A stretch of DNA of 64,000 bases, taken from the NCBI GenBank assembly GCA_963808625.1, contig CAWEHK010000052.1, forward strand, positions 1 to 64,000, read 5' to 3'. A program made the position numbers and the translations under genes. This DNA is from an uncultured delta proteobacterium. GTDB taxonomy: Bacteria > Desulfobacterota > Syntrophobacteria > Syntrophobacterales > Syntrophobacteraceae. The notes beneath the pieces were generated by a model, which saw only the letters and a program-made list of their open reading frames with translations, was not told the DNA's origin and ran no database searches. Below, piece after piece: positions 31,266 through 44,346 of this stretch (its first letter is position 1; each line of letters begins with the position of its first letter).

Positions 31266-33414
31266 TTACATTGGCCAAAGCGCTCGCAGGGCCGTGCCCT
31301 TATCGCGGGCTGACTCAATGGAGAATATCCCCGCCGTTAGCTCTACTCTCTCCCTCATCCCGGCCAGTCCGAGACTTCTTCCTGAATTTTGTACAATGGT
31401 CGAGTCCAGATCAAATCCCTTCCCGTCATCTTGAACGACCAACTCGATGGAATCCCGGTTTTTCGCCAGCGAAAGAACCACCCTCTTTGCTCCACTGTGC
31501 TTGGCCACGTTGTTCAGAGCCTCCTGGATGATCCGAAAGATTGTGATCTTCAGGACATCTGGGATCTCCTCTTCCTCGATTCTTGCCGTGAGACCAAGGT
31601 GGGAGTTGGGATGCAAGCTCTGGAACTCCCGACAGAACCACTCCAAGGTTGCAAGAAGCCCTAAATTGTCGAGCATTGGTGGTCTAAGGCCCATATAAAT
31701 CGACCGTGTCTCTTCGATGGAATGCTGCAGAGTGGGGACAAAACGCTCCAGGAGCTTGAAGGCTCCAGCCAGGTCTCCTCTGCCTTTCTTGACCAATACC
31801 GTCTCTATTCCATATTTTAAGGCAGCAAGGGTCTGGCCAATGCTGTCGTGAAGCTCACCGGCAATCCTTCTCCTCTCGTCTTCCTGGGCCGCCATGAGCC
31901 GTGAGGGAATTGATCGCAGTTGACTATTAGCCCTCTCAAGATCCACTGTTCGCTCCTGAACACGGAGTTCCAGTTCGCTTCTGGACTTAAGAAGCTCCTC
32001 TTCGACCTGCTTGCGCTCGGTGATGTCGCTGTTGCTCCCGCGGCGGCCCAGGAACAAACCCTGGGCATCGAACACTGGTTGACAGAGGTGTCCGATCCAC
32101 CTCGTCGTGCCGTCCCGATGAATAATGCGAAACTCCAGTCTGCAGGGTCCGCTGCAATCTGATCCTGCTCTACATGGGCCTCAAACTGGGCCAGATCATC
32201 GGGGTGAACAATGTGGGAAAGCAGCCTGGGGTCGGTTTCAAACTCACTCGCCGCATAGCCGGTGATCCTTTGGCACGATGGCGAGGTGTAGAGAAAATCG
32301 TCCTTCGGGACTCTTCCAATACTCCCAGTCGTAGGTGTTGTCGGCGACAATCCTGTATTTGGTTTCGGATGCTCGCAGCGCCTCCTCTATTCGCTTGCTT
32401 TCCGTGATGTCTTCATAGGTGCCCAAAACCCCTTTGATCCTGCCTTCGGCGTCAAGCAGAGGAACCTTATTGGTACGCAGCCAAATCCTGTCGCCATCCG
32501 GCAGTTGTCTGGGGTTCTTCATAACCGAGTTTCGGGCTGCCGGTTTCCATCACTAAACGGTCATCTGAACGGTAGAGCTCTGCCTGTTCCGCCCAACCCA
32601 TCTCAAAGTCGTTTCTCCCGATGATCTCCTCCGGTGATTGCAAACCCGCATCGAGAGCAAACGGGCGGTTGCAGCCCAAGATAGTTGAATCGAGATCTTT
32701 CCAGAAGACTCTTACGGGGATGGTATCCAGGACTGACTGTAACATTTGCTGCGATTCCTGCAGCGCTTGCTCCGCCTTCTTCCGCTCCGCTATTTCCCGG
32801 GTGAGCTGTTCATTCACCTTTGCCAGGGTAACCGTGCGCTCTTTCACCAAATCCTCAAGGCGGTTACGATATCTATCCAATTCCTCTTCCGCCCGCTTGC
32901 GTTCGGTTATGTCCCGTATTGACTCAATGGCGCCAACGATATTTCCCTTTGAGTCGCGCAGGATGCTTGCCGTCCCGAATAGGTATGCAGCACCTCCTTT
33001 GAGTGCCGGCATGTATGCCTCACCTGCAAGCACAGACTCCTTTCTTTCGATACTCTCATACCTTGCTTCGAGTTCCTCTTGAGGTTGGAGGACGAGATCA
33101 ATGAGAATAGGCCTTCGCGCTCCGTGGAAAGGCAGAGCATATTCGTAATTGCCTTTGCCTAAAATGTCTTCCGACTTGATTCCTGTCATCTCCTCTATCG
33201 CCCTGTTCCAGGAAATGACTTTGCCTTCTCTATCGATAACAAAGGTTGCATCCGGCAAAAAGTTGATGATGTCTGCAAGTTGTTGCTGAGATTCCTTTAG
33301 TGCCTCCTCCGTCTGCTTAAGCTCGCTTTCTGCCTTTTCAGGTTCGGCAATGCGCTGGCGCAGGTGCATCAATTCGTTAATGAGTTGTTCTTTTGTTTTG
33401 TCTTCGTCTTTCAT
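31266..33414 (-). CDS. Multi-PAS sensor histidine kinase, HisKA_3 type (frameshifts ~32470 and ~32100-32300)
   Basis: PAS motifs (RDITERK, EDITESK, SDITERK); [43 protein letters not shown]. Confidence 0.9.
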
Positions 33415-33522
33415 TTCGAGCTTCCTCAAAACCCCTTCCTGCCAAATTGCCCTGTAACGCTGATGCCTTGACAATATGCTGTGGTCATCTGCCGGCGCCG
33501 GAAGAAAGTTGCCAGGGCCCGC

Positions 33523-34826
33523 TCAGCGTCCCATGGCGTAAGCGCAGTAGAGCGGCAGGAAGACCAGCTTCTGTTCGGGAAGCTCGGCATAGGGTGCGGA
33601 CGAGAAAACATACCCCGGCGAGCAGTTCGGTTGACTTTCCAGGAGCAGGTGCAGACTGCGCAGGCGTCCCGCGGCGCCGCTCTTGACTTCCACGGGGTGA
33701 ATTCTACCGCTCACGGTGATGAGAAAATCCACCTCGGCAGTGCTGCTTTTGGCTTCCCGTGACCAGTAATAGAGCTCTTCCTGCCCGGCCGCCACCAGCT
33801 CCTGCCCCACAAACTGTTCCGCCATCGCCCCCTGGTGGATCGCCAGCAGATCGATTCGCGCGTATTCCACATCCACCGGCATGCCTGACAGATGCTGCAT
33901 GAGACCCATGTCCACCATGATGGCTTTGAACTTCCGGGCGGAAGCGGAAGCCCCAAGGGGAACCTCGGGGGGCGAGGAAGAAGACACTTTTCGAATCACC
34001 CGAGCCAGAGAAAGAAGGTCGAAAGCCTTCTTGATTGTGGGGTTCGTGTAGCCTTCGGCGAGATGAGTATATTTCACCTGCCGCCCGACACTTCTTGCCA
34101 CCGAAGACAACACCGCATTGAGACATCGCTTGTCTGCATGGGGCGCGTATTTGGAAAAATCGTGACGAAAAGCGTTGACCAGTTCCGCCTGGACTTCAAG
34201 AGCATCCCGCATCCTTTCCGACCGGGAATAGGCAAGAACGCACTCCGGCATTCCTCCGATAAACATATAGCGGCGGACCTCCTCCAGCACCATCTGATGA
34301 ACGCTCTCCGGAAGTCGGGTGGGAGGAGAAAGGATCTTTTCTGCAGACAACATCCCTTCCCGTGGCCAGCAGGAATTCAGGGAAGGACATGGGACCCATG
34401 TCGAGGAACTGCACCCGCCCGACGGGAAAGGACAGGTCCTTCAGGGCGAATTCGAGGAGCGACCCGGCGGCAATGACATGCAGCTCCGGGCATTCCTCGA
34501 GAAAATATCGCAGGGCTATGATGGCGCGCGGGCAGGCCTGGATTTCATCCAGAAACAGGAGGTCCTTCCCGGGGACAATCCTGGCATTGATGAGGATCTC
34601 GAGCTCTGACAAAATCCTTGCCGCCGATAGGATTCGGCTCGAACACCCGATGCCAGTCCGGGTGCTGTTCGAGGTCGACCACATGCAATGAACCTTCGAA
34701 ATGGTGCCTGCCGAAATCGATCACCGACCAGGTTTTCCCCACCTGCCTGGCGCCGCGAATGATGAGCGGCTTTCGCCTCTCATGGTTCTTCCACGCCAGC
34801 AGTTTTTCGGTTACGAAGCGTTTCAT
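33523..34826 (-). CDS. AAA_14 ATPase with DUF4143 C-terminus (frameshifted)
   Basis: GARQVGKT, FLDEIQ, AAGSLL, GGMPE, EVDF...PVEVKSG. Confidence 0.9.
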
Positions 34827-35431
34827 AATGACTCTCGAATCTCGGGTGTGAGGTGATTAATAGGGAATTGAATCTCCGCGAGGCCGCGTCAGTTGTCACG
34901 AGTTTTCGATCCATGGTGAAGCGGGAGGAAAAACGGGAGGAGTCTATCAGTTTAAGCCCTGCTGGATGATGTCGCTTCAATTCTCCAGGGCGAGGCTGCA
35001 CTGCCAACCATCAGCCAGCGTTTGCCGGCGAAGATCTCCACTTGGGCGGGTTGACGGGCTAAAAAATCAAGCTTCGGTTGCAATAATCAGTTCATCAGGC
35101 CCAGGAGCCTGGGCACAAGTTTGGTAAGCGATTTTCGCTTCAAGCCAAAGCCTTTGGGCCGCCTTTGACGGGTTACGGTTGGACCCATTCTCGGCGGCCC
35201 TCGCGGCCGCGACGCCCACGGCGCAAACCATCAGCGCAACTGCAACAAAAACAATTGCTCTCTTTGCCGACCGCTAACTTTCCTGACTCCCTCTAATCAA
35301 AGCCTCCTTGCACGCTGTGAAACCGCCAAGATCTCTGTGACTCCTTCGCAGACTTTGCATAGCACGAGAAAAGTATTTTTCAGACACCAACATCTCTATT
35401 TACGTAATCAACTCCTTACCGAAATTGACCT

Positions 35432-35989
35432 CTAATAATAGGGATACTCCCAGAAATCAGTAAATCCGCCGTCAAAGTAGGTACCGCCCCCGCTTGCCCT
35501 TCCCGTGTAACTGAAAGCCATACCTGCGGTGTTTGCCGGCAGGGATAGTGTCTTGTAGAAATTGATGGGGCCGTCATAAAGGAGGTTAATTTCTGCTTCA
35601 CTGGTCAGGCCTATCATGTCCAGGACGGTTCCCTGCACGTCAACCGGGATGATGTCTAAATGGAAGTAATTGACGATCTCGTATTCGCCCCTGATCGGGC
35701 CGGTAAAATGAATGACTCCTGAAATACCAAGCTGGCTTTGATCTCTGTCATACTTATAGTCGAGGGTCAAGTCGTTGCTTTCCCACCTTCCGGACTGACC
35801 CTCATACTGGGACAGCAAAACCCATTTGCCTTCCGGCACCGTACGACCTGCCGGTTTAACGCTCGGGCTTTGGCACGCCAATAAGATGAAACTCGTCAAA
35901 ATCAGGCTCAAAAGCTTACCGCACCGAACCCAAAGCGCTTCCGCAGGTCCCCTCATCCCTCTCTCCATTCCAAAAACAGTTAACCGCAA
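35432..35989 (-). CDS. Hypothetical lipoprotein (start uncertain)
   Basis: Lipobox LLAC after a hydrophobic stretch. Confidence 0.65.
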   Translation of the reverse strand: MRLTVFGMERGMRGPAEALWVRCGKLLSLILTSFILLACQSPSVKPAGRTVPEGKWVLLSQYEGQSGRWESNDLTLDYKYDRDQSQLGISGVIHFTGPIRGEYEIVNYFHLDIIPVDVQGTVLDMIGLTSEAEINLLYDGPINFYKTLSLPANTAGMAFSYTGRASGGGTYFDGGFTDFWEYPYY

Positions 35990-36033
35990 GAGACTTCAGT
36001 CATAAAATTGTTTTGGCGTCATGTTGGGATCCG

Positions 36034-37345
36034 TCAAACCTCATTTTGCCGGCGAAGATCTTCAATGCGGCGGGAAGGTTTCAGCGCCTCGAAGGAGCCT
36101 TTCTCTTTCAAACGAATTTTTACGGGAACTCCCAGTTCCTGCGTCAGTTCCTTGCCCAGGCGCAGGCAGAGCTTTTCCATCTCTTTTACTTCGTCCGAGA
36201 AGAGGGCCTCATCCACGTTCAGCCAGACTTCCAGGAAGTCCCGGAGGTCCTCGCTGCGAATCAGAAAGCGGCAGGCATCGGGAAGGTACCCCAGCGTTCT
36301 CTCGAGGAGATAGAGAATCTGTTGATGGTGGATCTTGACGCCTCGGATGACCATCATCTCATCGGTACGGGAGGGAAGCCATGCGATGCGCGAGAGGCTG
36401 CGCCCGCACGGGCAGGTTCCGGGCAGGAGCCGGACCTGGTCTCCCGTGCGCAGGCGAACGAGGGGAAAAGCCCGGGTGGTGAGGGTTGTCAACACCAGCT
36501 CTCCCGCCGCCCCTTCCGGGACCCGTTGACCCGTTTCCGGATCGACCACCTCGGGAAAGAAGTGGTCCTCGCTGACGTGGAGTCCCTGGCGTGCTTCGCA
36601 TTCGAAGGCCAGAGCCGGTCCCGGTACTTCGCTCAGGCCGTAGTGCACCCAGGTTTTCACGTGAAGCTCCTCCCTGAGGCGCTCCTGGATGGCGGCATCA
36701 GGCGGCTCTCCCACGAGGATGACTGTTTTCAGGGCCAGTTCATTGGGATTCAGATTGGCTCGAAATACCAGGTGCATCATCTGCGTTGCCGCCGCATGAC
36801 TGGTAATCAGGACCGAAGTCTTGTAGTCGCGCAGCAGCATGAGCTGTTTTTCCGGGGTCAGGATCGTCTGCGGGATGACACTGCTCTCGATGGCTTCCGC
36901 CCCATCCTTGTAGGCTCGTCCCCAATTGATGAGACCGGCGTCCAGATCGATCTGCAGAATGTCGTTTTTCGAGACCCCGGCGGCAAAGAGACGCACGGGC
37001 CACCAGTTCTCGCGAGACCCCGAGGTCCTGCTTGGTGTAGCCGCTCACGGTCGGCTTCGAGGCGCTCCCCTGGGCGGTATGGATGCGCACCACATCGCGC
37101 AGGGGGACGGCAAAGAGGCCATAGGGATAGTTCTCACTGAAATGCTCGCGCGCGGTAAACGGAATGTGCTGCAGGTCGGAGAGAGCTTCCATGCGCGCGG
37201 GTTCCATCCCATTTGCCTGAAACAGGTTCCGGTAGAAAGGGACGTTCCGATACGCGCGGTTCAGCGTGCTCTGGAGTCTTTCCAGTTGCAGTTGGGCGCG
37301 CTCTTCCCCATCCAGGCATTCTTCCCTGGCATTCCAAATGGGCAT
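36034..37345 (-). CDS. Divergent phenylacetate-CoA ligase-like paralog (frameshift ~36995)
   Basis: LQLERLQSTL, PFT..YPYGLFAVP, YGLSE, EDHFFPEVVDP, RLRTGD, IRGV; P-loop altered to HTAQGSASKP. Confidence 0.85.
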
Positions 37346-37348
37346 GGC

Positions 37349-38092
37349 TCAGGCCCTCCCTTCATAGAATTCACGATAATCCTTGCCCAAATAGGCCCGC
37401 TTCACATCCTGGTCCGCCAGCAAATCTCCGGCCGCCCCATCGAGCACAATCTGACCGTTTTCCAAAACATAGCCGCGATCGGCGATTTGCAGGGCGGCTC
37501 GAGCATTCTGTTCGATCAGCAGAATGGTCATGCCCTGTTCTTTAAGCTGTAACAGGGTGTCCAGGATCAGGCGCACGAGGACCGGGGCCAGCCCCATCGA
37601 CGGTTCATCCAGGAGCATGAGGCGCGGACGCGCCATGAGCGCACGACCGATGGCGAGCATCTGCTGTTCGCCGCCGGACAGGGTCCCGGCGGGTTGTGCG
37701 GTGCGATCGCGAAGCACCGGAAACAGGTCCATAACGGTTTCCAGGTCCGCGGCGACGGCCTGATGGTCGCGCTTTCGATAGCGCAGGTAGGCGCCCAGCC
37801 GGAGGTTGTCGAGAACGCTCATGGGCGCGAACAGCAACCGTCCTTCCGGCACCATCGAAATCCCCCGCTGAACGATAGCGGGAGGCTTAAAGCCTCGAAG
37901 AGACGCTTTCTCAAAAAGAATCTCCCCTTCCCAGTGTGTGATGAGGCCGCAGATCGCCTGGAGCAGCGTGCTTTTCCCGGCGCCGTTCGCGCCGATGAGG
38001 GCGATGAGCTCGCCTTCCCGAACCGAGAGGCTGACGCCGTTGATCGCGCGGATCTTGCCATAGTAGCACTTCAGGTTACGAATGCGCAGCAT
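37349..38092 (-). CDS. LivF-type ABC ATPase
   Basis: GANGAGKST, LSGGEQQML, LLDEPSMGLAP, IEQN. Confidence 0.93.
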   Translation of the reverse strand: MLRIRNLKCYYGKIRAINGVSLSVREGELIALIGANGAGKSTLLQAICGLITHWEGEILFEKASLRGFKPPAIVQRGISMVPEGRLLFAPMSVLDNLRLGAYLRYRKRDHQAVAADLETVMDLFPVLRDRTAQPAGTLSGGEQQMLAIGRALMARPRLMLLDEPSMGLAPVLVRLILDTLLQLKEQGMTILLIEQNARAALQIADRGYVLENGQIVLDGAAGDLLADQDVKRAYLGKDYREFYEGRA

Positions 38093-38093
38093 C

Positions 38094-38906
38094 TCAACTC
38101 AGCCCTCTCATATCTTCCTCACTGCCCAGGTAGGCGCAAATGACCGAGTCATTGCACTGAATCTCCCGGGGCGTGCCTTCCGCAAGTTTTTGTCCCTGGT
38201 GCAGCACCACGATTTTGTCTGAAATGCCCATCGTCAGGTCCATATCATGTTCGACGAGAAGGAGCGTGATCCCGCGTGCCCGGACTTGCCGGAGCAGCTC
38301 TCCAAGACGCTGGGTTTCCACCGCATTGAGGCCGGAAGCGGGTTCATCCAGGAGCAGCAGGCGCGGTTGCGTGGCCAGGGCCCGGGCAATCTCAAGAAAT
38401 CGCTGCCAGCCGAAAGGCAGATCGGCGCTGCGGTGATCGGCCATCTTTTCCAGGCCGACAAACTGCAATAATTCCCAAGCGTAATCCCGAGCTTCCCGCT
38501 CCTCCCTCCGCACCCCGGGCCAGCGACCGATAGCTCCCCAGAACCCGCAGCGCATCCGCACATGCCGGCCAACCAGGACGTTTTCAAGGACCGTCATACT
38601 GCCGAAGAGTTCGACATTCTGAAAGGTGCGGGAGATCCCCTGCGCTACTATTTCGTGGACCTTGTTCCCTTGAATTTCTCTATTTTCATAGACGATCTGC
38701 CCATCTTCGGGTTCGTAGGCCCCGGTGATCACATTGAAGAGCGTCGTCTTCCCCGCGCCATTTGGGCCAATCAGCGCGTGGATAGACCCGGGCGCAACCT
38801 CGAAGGTGACATTGTAAAGTGCCTGGATGCCGCCAAAGGATTTGCCGATGGCTTTAACCTCGAGGAGTGGTTGGGAAGTTTCGGTAGTCGGATCACGGTC
38901 GTTCAT
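38094..38906 (-). CDS. LivG-type ABC ATPase (alternative start 39011)
   Basis: GPNGAGKTT, RTFQN, LLDEPASG, VEHDM. Confidence 0.92.
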   Translation of the reverse strand: MNDRDPTTETSQPLLEVKAIGKSFGGIQALYNVTFEVAPGSIHALIGPNGAGKTTLFNVITGAYEPEDGQIVYENREIQGNKVHEIVAQGISRTFQNVELFGSMTVLENVLVGRHVRMRCGFWGAIGRWPGVRREEREARDYAWELLQFVGLEKMADHRSADLPFGWQRFLEIARALATQPRLLLLDEPASGLNAVETQRLGELLRQVRARGITLLLVEHDMDLTMGISDKIVVLHQGQKLAEGTPREIQCNDSVICAYLGSEEDMRGLS

Positions 38907-38925
38907 GAGGCATAGCTCTTGGCTC

Positions 38926-39922
38926 TTAGCTCTTGGCGGTTGGGGGTTGGTGGTTGGCGGTTGGCTCTCGGGAGGCCGCAGGTTGCCGATAGAGGGTCCC
39001 CGATCGTTCATAAAGATCCAGCAGGCCGCGCGTTAAACCCTGGGGAAGAAAAATCATGATGGTCATGAGAATGAGTCCGTAGACGACCATTTCGTAATCC
39101 GTGAAGACATGGAGCCACTCCGGAAGCATGGTCAAGAGCGATGCGCCCAGCAGTGATCCCCAGATACTGGCCATTCCGCCAATAACGACCATGGTCACAA
39201 GCCGGACTGACACTAAAAAATCAAAAGAATTCGGACTGATAAAGCTGACGAGATGGGCGTATAAAAAACCTGCGAGAGCGGCAAACAGGGCGCTTAACAC
39301 AAAGACCCCAATCTTCAAGCGGCTGGTGTCAATGCCCATTGCCGCAGCCACGTGCTCACCGTCATGAATGGCCCGCAGGCGCCCTTCCCACGCGGGAATC
39401 AACGAGGCGCTCACACACCACGAAGCAGATCAGGACCACCGCCCAAACCAGGAAGAAATAAGCCCTTCCCGAGGTGAGAGGGAGCGGTCCGAGAGTCAGT
39501 GAAGGAATTCCCACCAGCCCGGAATCGCCACCGGTTACGGTGCTCCATTGGCGAATGAGAATGAAGGTGATCATGCCAAACCCTAAGGTGCCCATGCCGA
39601 GATAGTAACCGGAAAGCTTCAGCATCGGCACGGCCACCAGAAAAGCGACCAGCGTGGTCAGAAGAATGGCTGCCGGAAGCGCCAGCCACGGTGACCAGTT
39701 CATCGTGGCAGTGAGAACCGCAGTGGTGTAAGCCCCCAGTCCATAAAAAGCGGCATGACCAAGAGAGATTTGCCCGGCATACCCCATCAGCATATTAAGT
39801 CCCAAGGCAAGCAGGGTATTGATGCCAATAAAGGTCAGGAGCTGCAGATGATAGGAGTTGGTAATCGCCACACCGGCCAGCACAATGGCCAGCAGGAAGA
39901 GCCCATGTCTCAGCTTGCTCAT
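38926..39922 (-). CDS. LivM-type ABC permease (frameshift ~39390)
   Basis: GYAGQISLGHAAF, TGGDSG, MVVIGG, PQG. Confidence 0.9.
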
Positions 39923-40016
39923 AGGACTGAATCACCTTGAAGGAGTGGTTAGTGGGAGTCACTAGCCACCATCTACCAGCCACTAGCCACTAATCACCAG
40001 CCACTAGCCACTATCT

Positions 40017-40893
40017 CTAAAACCGATGCACGGCCTTGACTCCGAGCAGGCCACTCGGACGGGCATAAAGAATGAGGAGCAGCAGGAAAAAGGCAATGGC
40101 ATCCTTGAGGCTTGAAGAAAAGAAGCCTACCCCCAGGGCCTCCAGAATTCCCAGGAGGTTCCCCCGAGCACCGCCCCCCAGGAACTTCCCAGTCCTCCCA
40201 GCATCGCCGCGCAGAAACCCTTCAGGCCCAGCATCATCCCCATATCGTAACTGCTCATGGTGATCGGAGCAATGAGGACCCCTCCGATGCTCCCCATCCC
40301 TGCGCTCATGGCAAAGGCCAGAAGGACCATGCGCTCGCTGGGGATACCCAGGAGTGACGCCGCTCGTCTTGTTGATGGCACAAGCCTCCATGGCCTTTCC
40401 GGTCAGGGTCTTTCGATAAAATAGTTGCAGGCCAGTCACAATGATGAGAACGACTGCCAGAATCCACAGGCTCTGGGGCAGCAAGGTCGCTCCGGCAATT
40501 TCGATAGGCGCATGGTGGGTAAAAGACGGGGCACTGTGAGCATCCTTTCCCCAGAAGAGCATGGCCAGGCCTCGCAGCAAAATCGAGGCGCCGATGGTAA
40601 TGATTACCAGGACAATCGGATGGGGTTTACGGACCGTGCGAATGGCCAGACGCTCGAGCAGCAGCCCCACCACGCGAGACCCCGACCACCGAAAGGAAAA
40701 ACGCCGCAAGCAGCGGCAGACGACAACCCTTCCAGAAGGTTATCATACTGAGCGCCCCCAGCATCACAAATTCACCCTGGGCGAAATTGATCAGCCCGGT
40801 GGCGTTGTAAAGCATGGTAAAACCCAGGGCGATGACGGCGTAGATCGCGCCATTCGTCAGGCCTGAAAACAGGTATTGAAGAAATTCCTGCAT
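40017..40893 (-). CDS. LivH-type ABC permease (frameshifted)
   Basis: YAVIALG, INFAQGEF, KGF.AAMLGG, RPSGL. Confidence 0.9.
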
Positions 40894-42122
40894 CAGACAA
40901 GCCGCATTCTAAAACCTAAAGGCCGAGAGTTAAAGCCAAAGCCAAGAGCCAACTCATTGCCGAGCAGTTTCCAGGTTCCTTTTTGAATTTGCACCATCAC
41001 AAAGGCATCCGCGCCCAGACCATTGTGGTCCTGCGGTGAGAAGTTAAAGGTGCCGGTGACTCCCACATGTCCCTTAAGTTTTTCCAGGGCGTCACGGAGT
41101 TTTTCCTTATTGCCCTCGGTGCCCGGCAGGGCCTCCGCCAGCAGGTGCATGGCGTCATAGGCGTAGCCTCCAAAGCCGGAGACGGGCATTTGAAAACGCT
41201 TCTCAAATTGTTCGATATACTTGAGCAGCACGGCTCTTTTGCGGGTCGGTGTCGGGCAGTTGCTGGGCGACCAGGATCTTTCCGGTGGGAAGGAAAATCC
41301 CTTCCGCGGCATCCCCGGCCAGTTCCAGGAATTTGGGAGAAGCCACGCCGTGGCTTTGATAGAGCGGGATTTTGATATTCATCTGCTGAATATTCTTGGC
41401 AATGACCGCCGGACCGGGATTGGTTCCCCAGCAGATGATGGCCTGAGGTTGGGCCGAGCGGATTTTGGTCAACTGTGCCGTCATGTCCGTGTCTTTGGCG
41501 CCGAAGCTTTCCGCCTGAACGATCTCGATGCCATACTTGCGCGGCCTGCGCCTGGAGTTGTTCCTTGCCGCTTTCACCGAAGGCATTCTCGACCGTTAGA
41601 ATCCCTATCTTCTTGATATTCTGCTTTTGCATGTGCTGGTAAATGGCGGCCACGGCCAGGACGTCGTTCTGGGCCGTCTTGAACACCCAGGGTTTGATCG
41701 GTTCGGTGATCTTGATCCCGGCAGCACAACTGATCAGGGGGATCTTCTCTTTTTCCACAATCGGCACAATGGCCAGGGTCGTCGGGCGTGAGACTGGGAC
41801 CGACGATAGCGAGAACATTGTCCTTGCTGATGAGTTTGTTGGTGGCGAGCACGGTCTTCGTGGGGTCCCCTTCGGTGTCATAGATCACCGCTTCCAGGGG
41901 ATGGCCGTCGATACCTCCCTGGGCGTTGATCTCATCAACCACCATCTCCATGCTTTTCTTTTCCGGATCTCCCAGAAAAGAACTGGGACCCGTAATGGCA
42001 AAAATCCCCCCGATCTTATAGGCCTCTTTGGACCAGCTCACCGATGGCGTTCCGCGCGATTGACAGGGCCAGCACCAAGGCCATCAAGACACTTCCTTCA
42101 ACATGGCTCCGTTCGGTTTCAT
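40893..42122 (-). CDS. LivJ/K-type periplasmic substrate-binding protein (frameshifted)
   Basis: KIGGIFAITGP, INAQGGIDG, DMTAQLTKIR, GVTGTFNFS..DHNG; TGATG overlap with the next gene. Confidence 0.88.
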
Positions 42123-42143
42123 GACGGTCTCCTCAGCGCCATT

Positions 42144-42575
42144 TTACATGGCATAAAGTCGCTCTCCGTCAATCACTTTTACCCCATTTTCCAACAAGAC
42201 CTTTACCGCTTCGTCCAGATTATCGAAGCGGAAGATAATGACCGCATTGTTGCCGCTCTGCTGAACAAACGCATACATGTACTCGACATTGACATTGGCT
42301 TTGAAAAGAATCTGCAGGATGTGGTGAAGACCACCCGGGCGATCATCCACCTCGACCGCCACCACATCGGTCTTCCCCACCGTAAATCCGTGTTTCTTCA
42401 GGGCTTCAACCGCTTTGACATGGTCGTTTACGATCAGCCGCAGGATGCCGAAATCGGAGGTATCAGCAAGCGACAGGGCCCGGATGTTGATTGCTGCCTC
42501 GGTGAGGATACCGGTGACTTCCGAAAGGCGACCCGCCTTGTTCTCCAGAAAGACTGAAATCTGTTCTACTCGCAT
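42144..42575 (-). CDS. Tandem ACT-domain protein
   Basis: [42 protein letters not shown]. Confidence 0.93.
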   Translation of the reverse strand: MRVEQISVFLENKAGRLSEVTGILTEAAINIRALSLADTSDFGILRLIVNDHVKAVEALKKHGFTVGKTDVVAVEVDDRPGGLHHILQILFKANVNVEYMYAFVQQSGNNAVIIFRFDNLDEAVKVLLENGVKVIDGERLYAM

Positions 42576-42685
42576 TGGTAATTCTCCTTTCCTTTTAATG
42601 CCATGGCTGGATGCCGTACGATCCAGTTAACCCCATCATCCACGAAGTCACACGAAGAGAAAACCCGAAGAAACACTAAGAACTT

Positions 42686-43987
42686 TTAGAATTTGCGATT
42701 ATCAATAACTCGCTGCGCCTTCCCTTCACTTCTCGGGATGCTCTTCGGCTCGACCAGTTTTACCCTGGCGGAAACTCCCAGGTATTCTTTGATATTCTTG
42801 GAGATCTTCTTCTCAAGATCCTGCAGTTTTCGGACTTCATCCGAAAAGGTCTGCTCTCCCACTTCAACCATGACGGTGAGAATATCCAGGGTACCTTCTC
42901 TGTCCACGACCAGTTGGTAATGAGGCTCAACCCACCGCATCTCCATCAGGACACTCTCGATTTGCGATGGAAACACGTTGACTCCGCGAATGATGAGCAT
43001 GTCGTCGGTCCTTCCCGTCACCCGATTCATGCGCACGTGGGTCCGCCCGCAGATGCACGGGTCGGCATTGAGGGAAGTGACGTCGCGGGTCCGATAACGG
43101 ATGATCGGGAACGCTTCTTTGGTAATCGAGGTGAACACCAATTCCCCCTGCGTACCGTAGGGCAGAACTTCGCCGCTTTGAGGGTCGATCACTTCCGGGA
43201 TGAAATGGTCCTCAAAGATGTGGAGCCCGCTCTTCGCCTGCAGGCATTCGATGGAAACCCCCGGCCCCATCACCTCGCTTAATCCGTAAATGTCGATAGC
43301 ATTCAAATGGAGTTTTCGCTCAATCTCATTGCGCATGTTCTGCGACCACGGTTCGGCGCCAAAAATGCCGGATTTGAACTTCAGGTCTTCGAACCCGATG
43401 CCGTTTTCCGCCGCGACTTCCGCCAGGTGAAGGGCATAAGATGGCGTGCAGGTGAGGATCGTCGGGCCGAAGTCCTTCATGATGAGGATCTGACGTTTGG
43501 TGTTCCCGCCGGAGATCGGGATAACCGATGCTCCCAGACGTTCTGCCCCGTAGTGGATGCCGAGACCGCCGGTGAAGAGCCCATAGCCATAAGCATTGTG
43601 AATGATGTCCCCGCGGGAAGCGCCCCCGGCGACCAGGGCGCGGGCCATGAGTTCCGCCCAGGTATCGATATCCCGCGCGGTATAGCCAACCACCGTGGGC
43701 TTGCCGGTCGTTCCGGATGATGCATGGATGCGCACCACGTTATCCATCGGTACGGCGAACATGCCGAAGGGGTAATTGTCTCGCAAATCCTGCTTGGTGG
43801 TGAACGGGAGGCGCTGCAGGTCGTTCAGAGTCTTGATATCAGCAGGACGGATGCCGACCTCGTCAAATTTCTTCCGATAGAATGGCACCGTCGCGTAAAC
43901 CCGCTGGGCAGTGGCTTGCAGCCGGCGCAATTGAATGGCTTCGAGTGCCTCCCGGGGCAGGGTTTCGAATTCGATGTTATAGATCAT
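42686..43987 (-). CDS. paaK: Phenylacetate--CoA ligase
   Basis: [57 protein letters not shown]. Confidence 0.95.
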   Translation of the reverse strand: MIYNIEFETLPREALEAIQLRRLQATAQRVYATVPFYRKKFDEVGIRPADIKTLNDLQRLPFTTKQDLRDNYPFGMFAVPMDNVVRIHASSGTTGKPTVVGYTARDIDTWAELMARALVAGGASRGDIIHNAYGYGLFTGGLGIHYGAERLGASVIPISGGNTKRQILIMKDFGPTILTCTPSYALHLAEVAAENGIGFEDLKFKSGIFGAEPWSQNMRNEIERKLHLNAIDIYGLSEVMGPGVSIECLQAKSGLHIFEDHFIPEVIDPQSGEVLPYGTQGELVFTSITKEAFPIIRYRTRDVTSLNADPCICGRTHVRMNRVTGRTDDMLIIRGVNVFPSQIESVLMEMRWVEPHYQLVVDREGTLDILTVMVEVGEQTFSDEVRKLQDLEKKISKNIKEYLGVSARVKLVEPKSIPRSEGKAQRVIDNRKF

Positions 43988-44236
43988 GCGGTTTCGTCCT
44001 CCTTTCTTTTATCCACGAAGTCACACGAAGATCACGAAAACACACTAAGAACAAACCTCTGTTTCTGCCTTCGTGTTGCTTCGTGAGCATTCGTGGATCG
44101 TTTTTCCTTTATCCACGAAGACACACGAAGATGAACGAAGAGCCACGAAGGTCAACGAAGACAAACCAATGGAAGTGAAGGAACAATTCGTGTCACTTCG
44201 TTCTCTTTTCTTCGTGTGCATTCGTGGATCGCTTTC

Positions 44237-44272
44237 AAAAAAAAAGCCGTGGAATCTGGGAATCCACGGCTT
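44237..44272 (-). terminator. Attenuator terminator T2
   Basis: Minus strand AAGCCGTGGA-loop-TCCACGGC followed by T9. Confidence 0.85.
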
Positions 44273-44281
44273 CACAAAAGC

Positions 44282-44321
44282 AAAAAAACCATGGGTTCCG
44301 CAGTGTGCCTACCCATGGTTT
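44282..44321 (-). terminator. Attenuator terminator T1
   Basis: Minus strand AAACCATGGGT-loop-ACCCATGG followed by T7. Confidence 0.85.
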
Positions 44322-44346
44322 CAGTCGGTGTCCGGTCCGGTTCAGC

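Noticed and set aside
35065..35280. Minus-strand signal-peptide-like fragment (RAIVFVAVALMVCAVGVAAARA...)
   Set aside because: No intact start codon and an early stop. It may be a gene remnant, but I cannot support a call.
15463..36000. Genomic island integrated at tRNA-Glu
   Set aside because: No integrase, and by eye no duplicated tRNA 3' end, in the window, although 21.9-36 kb looks accessory.
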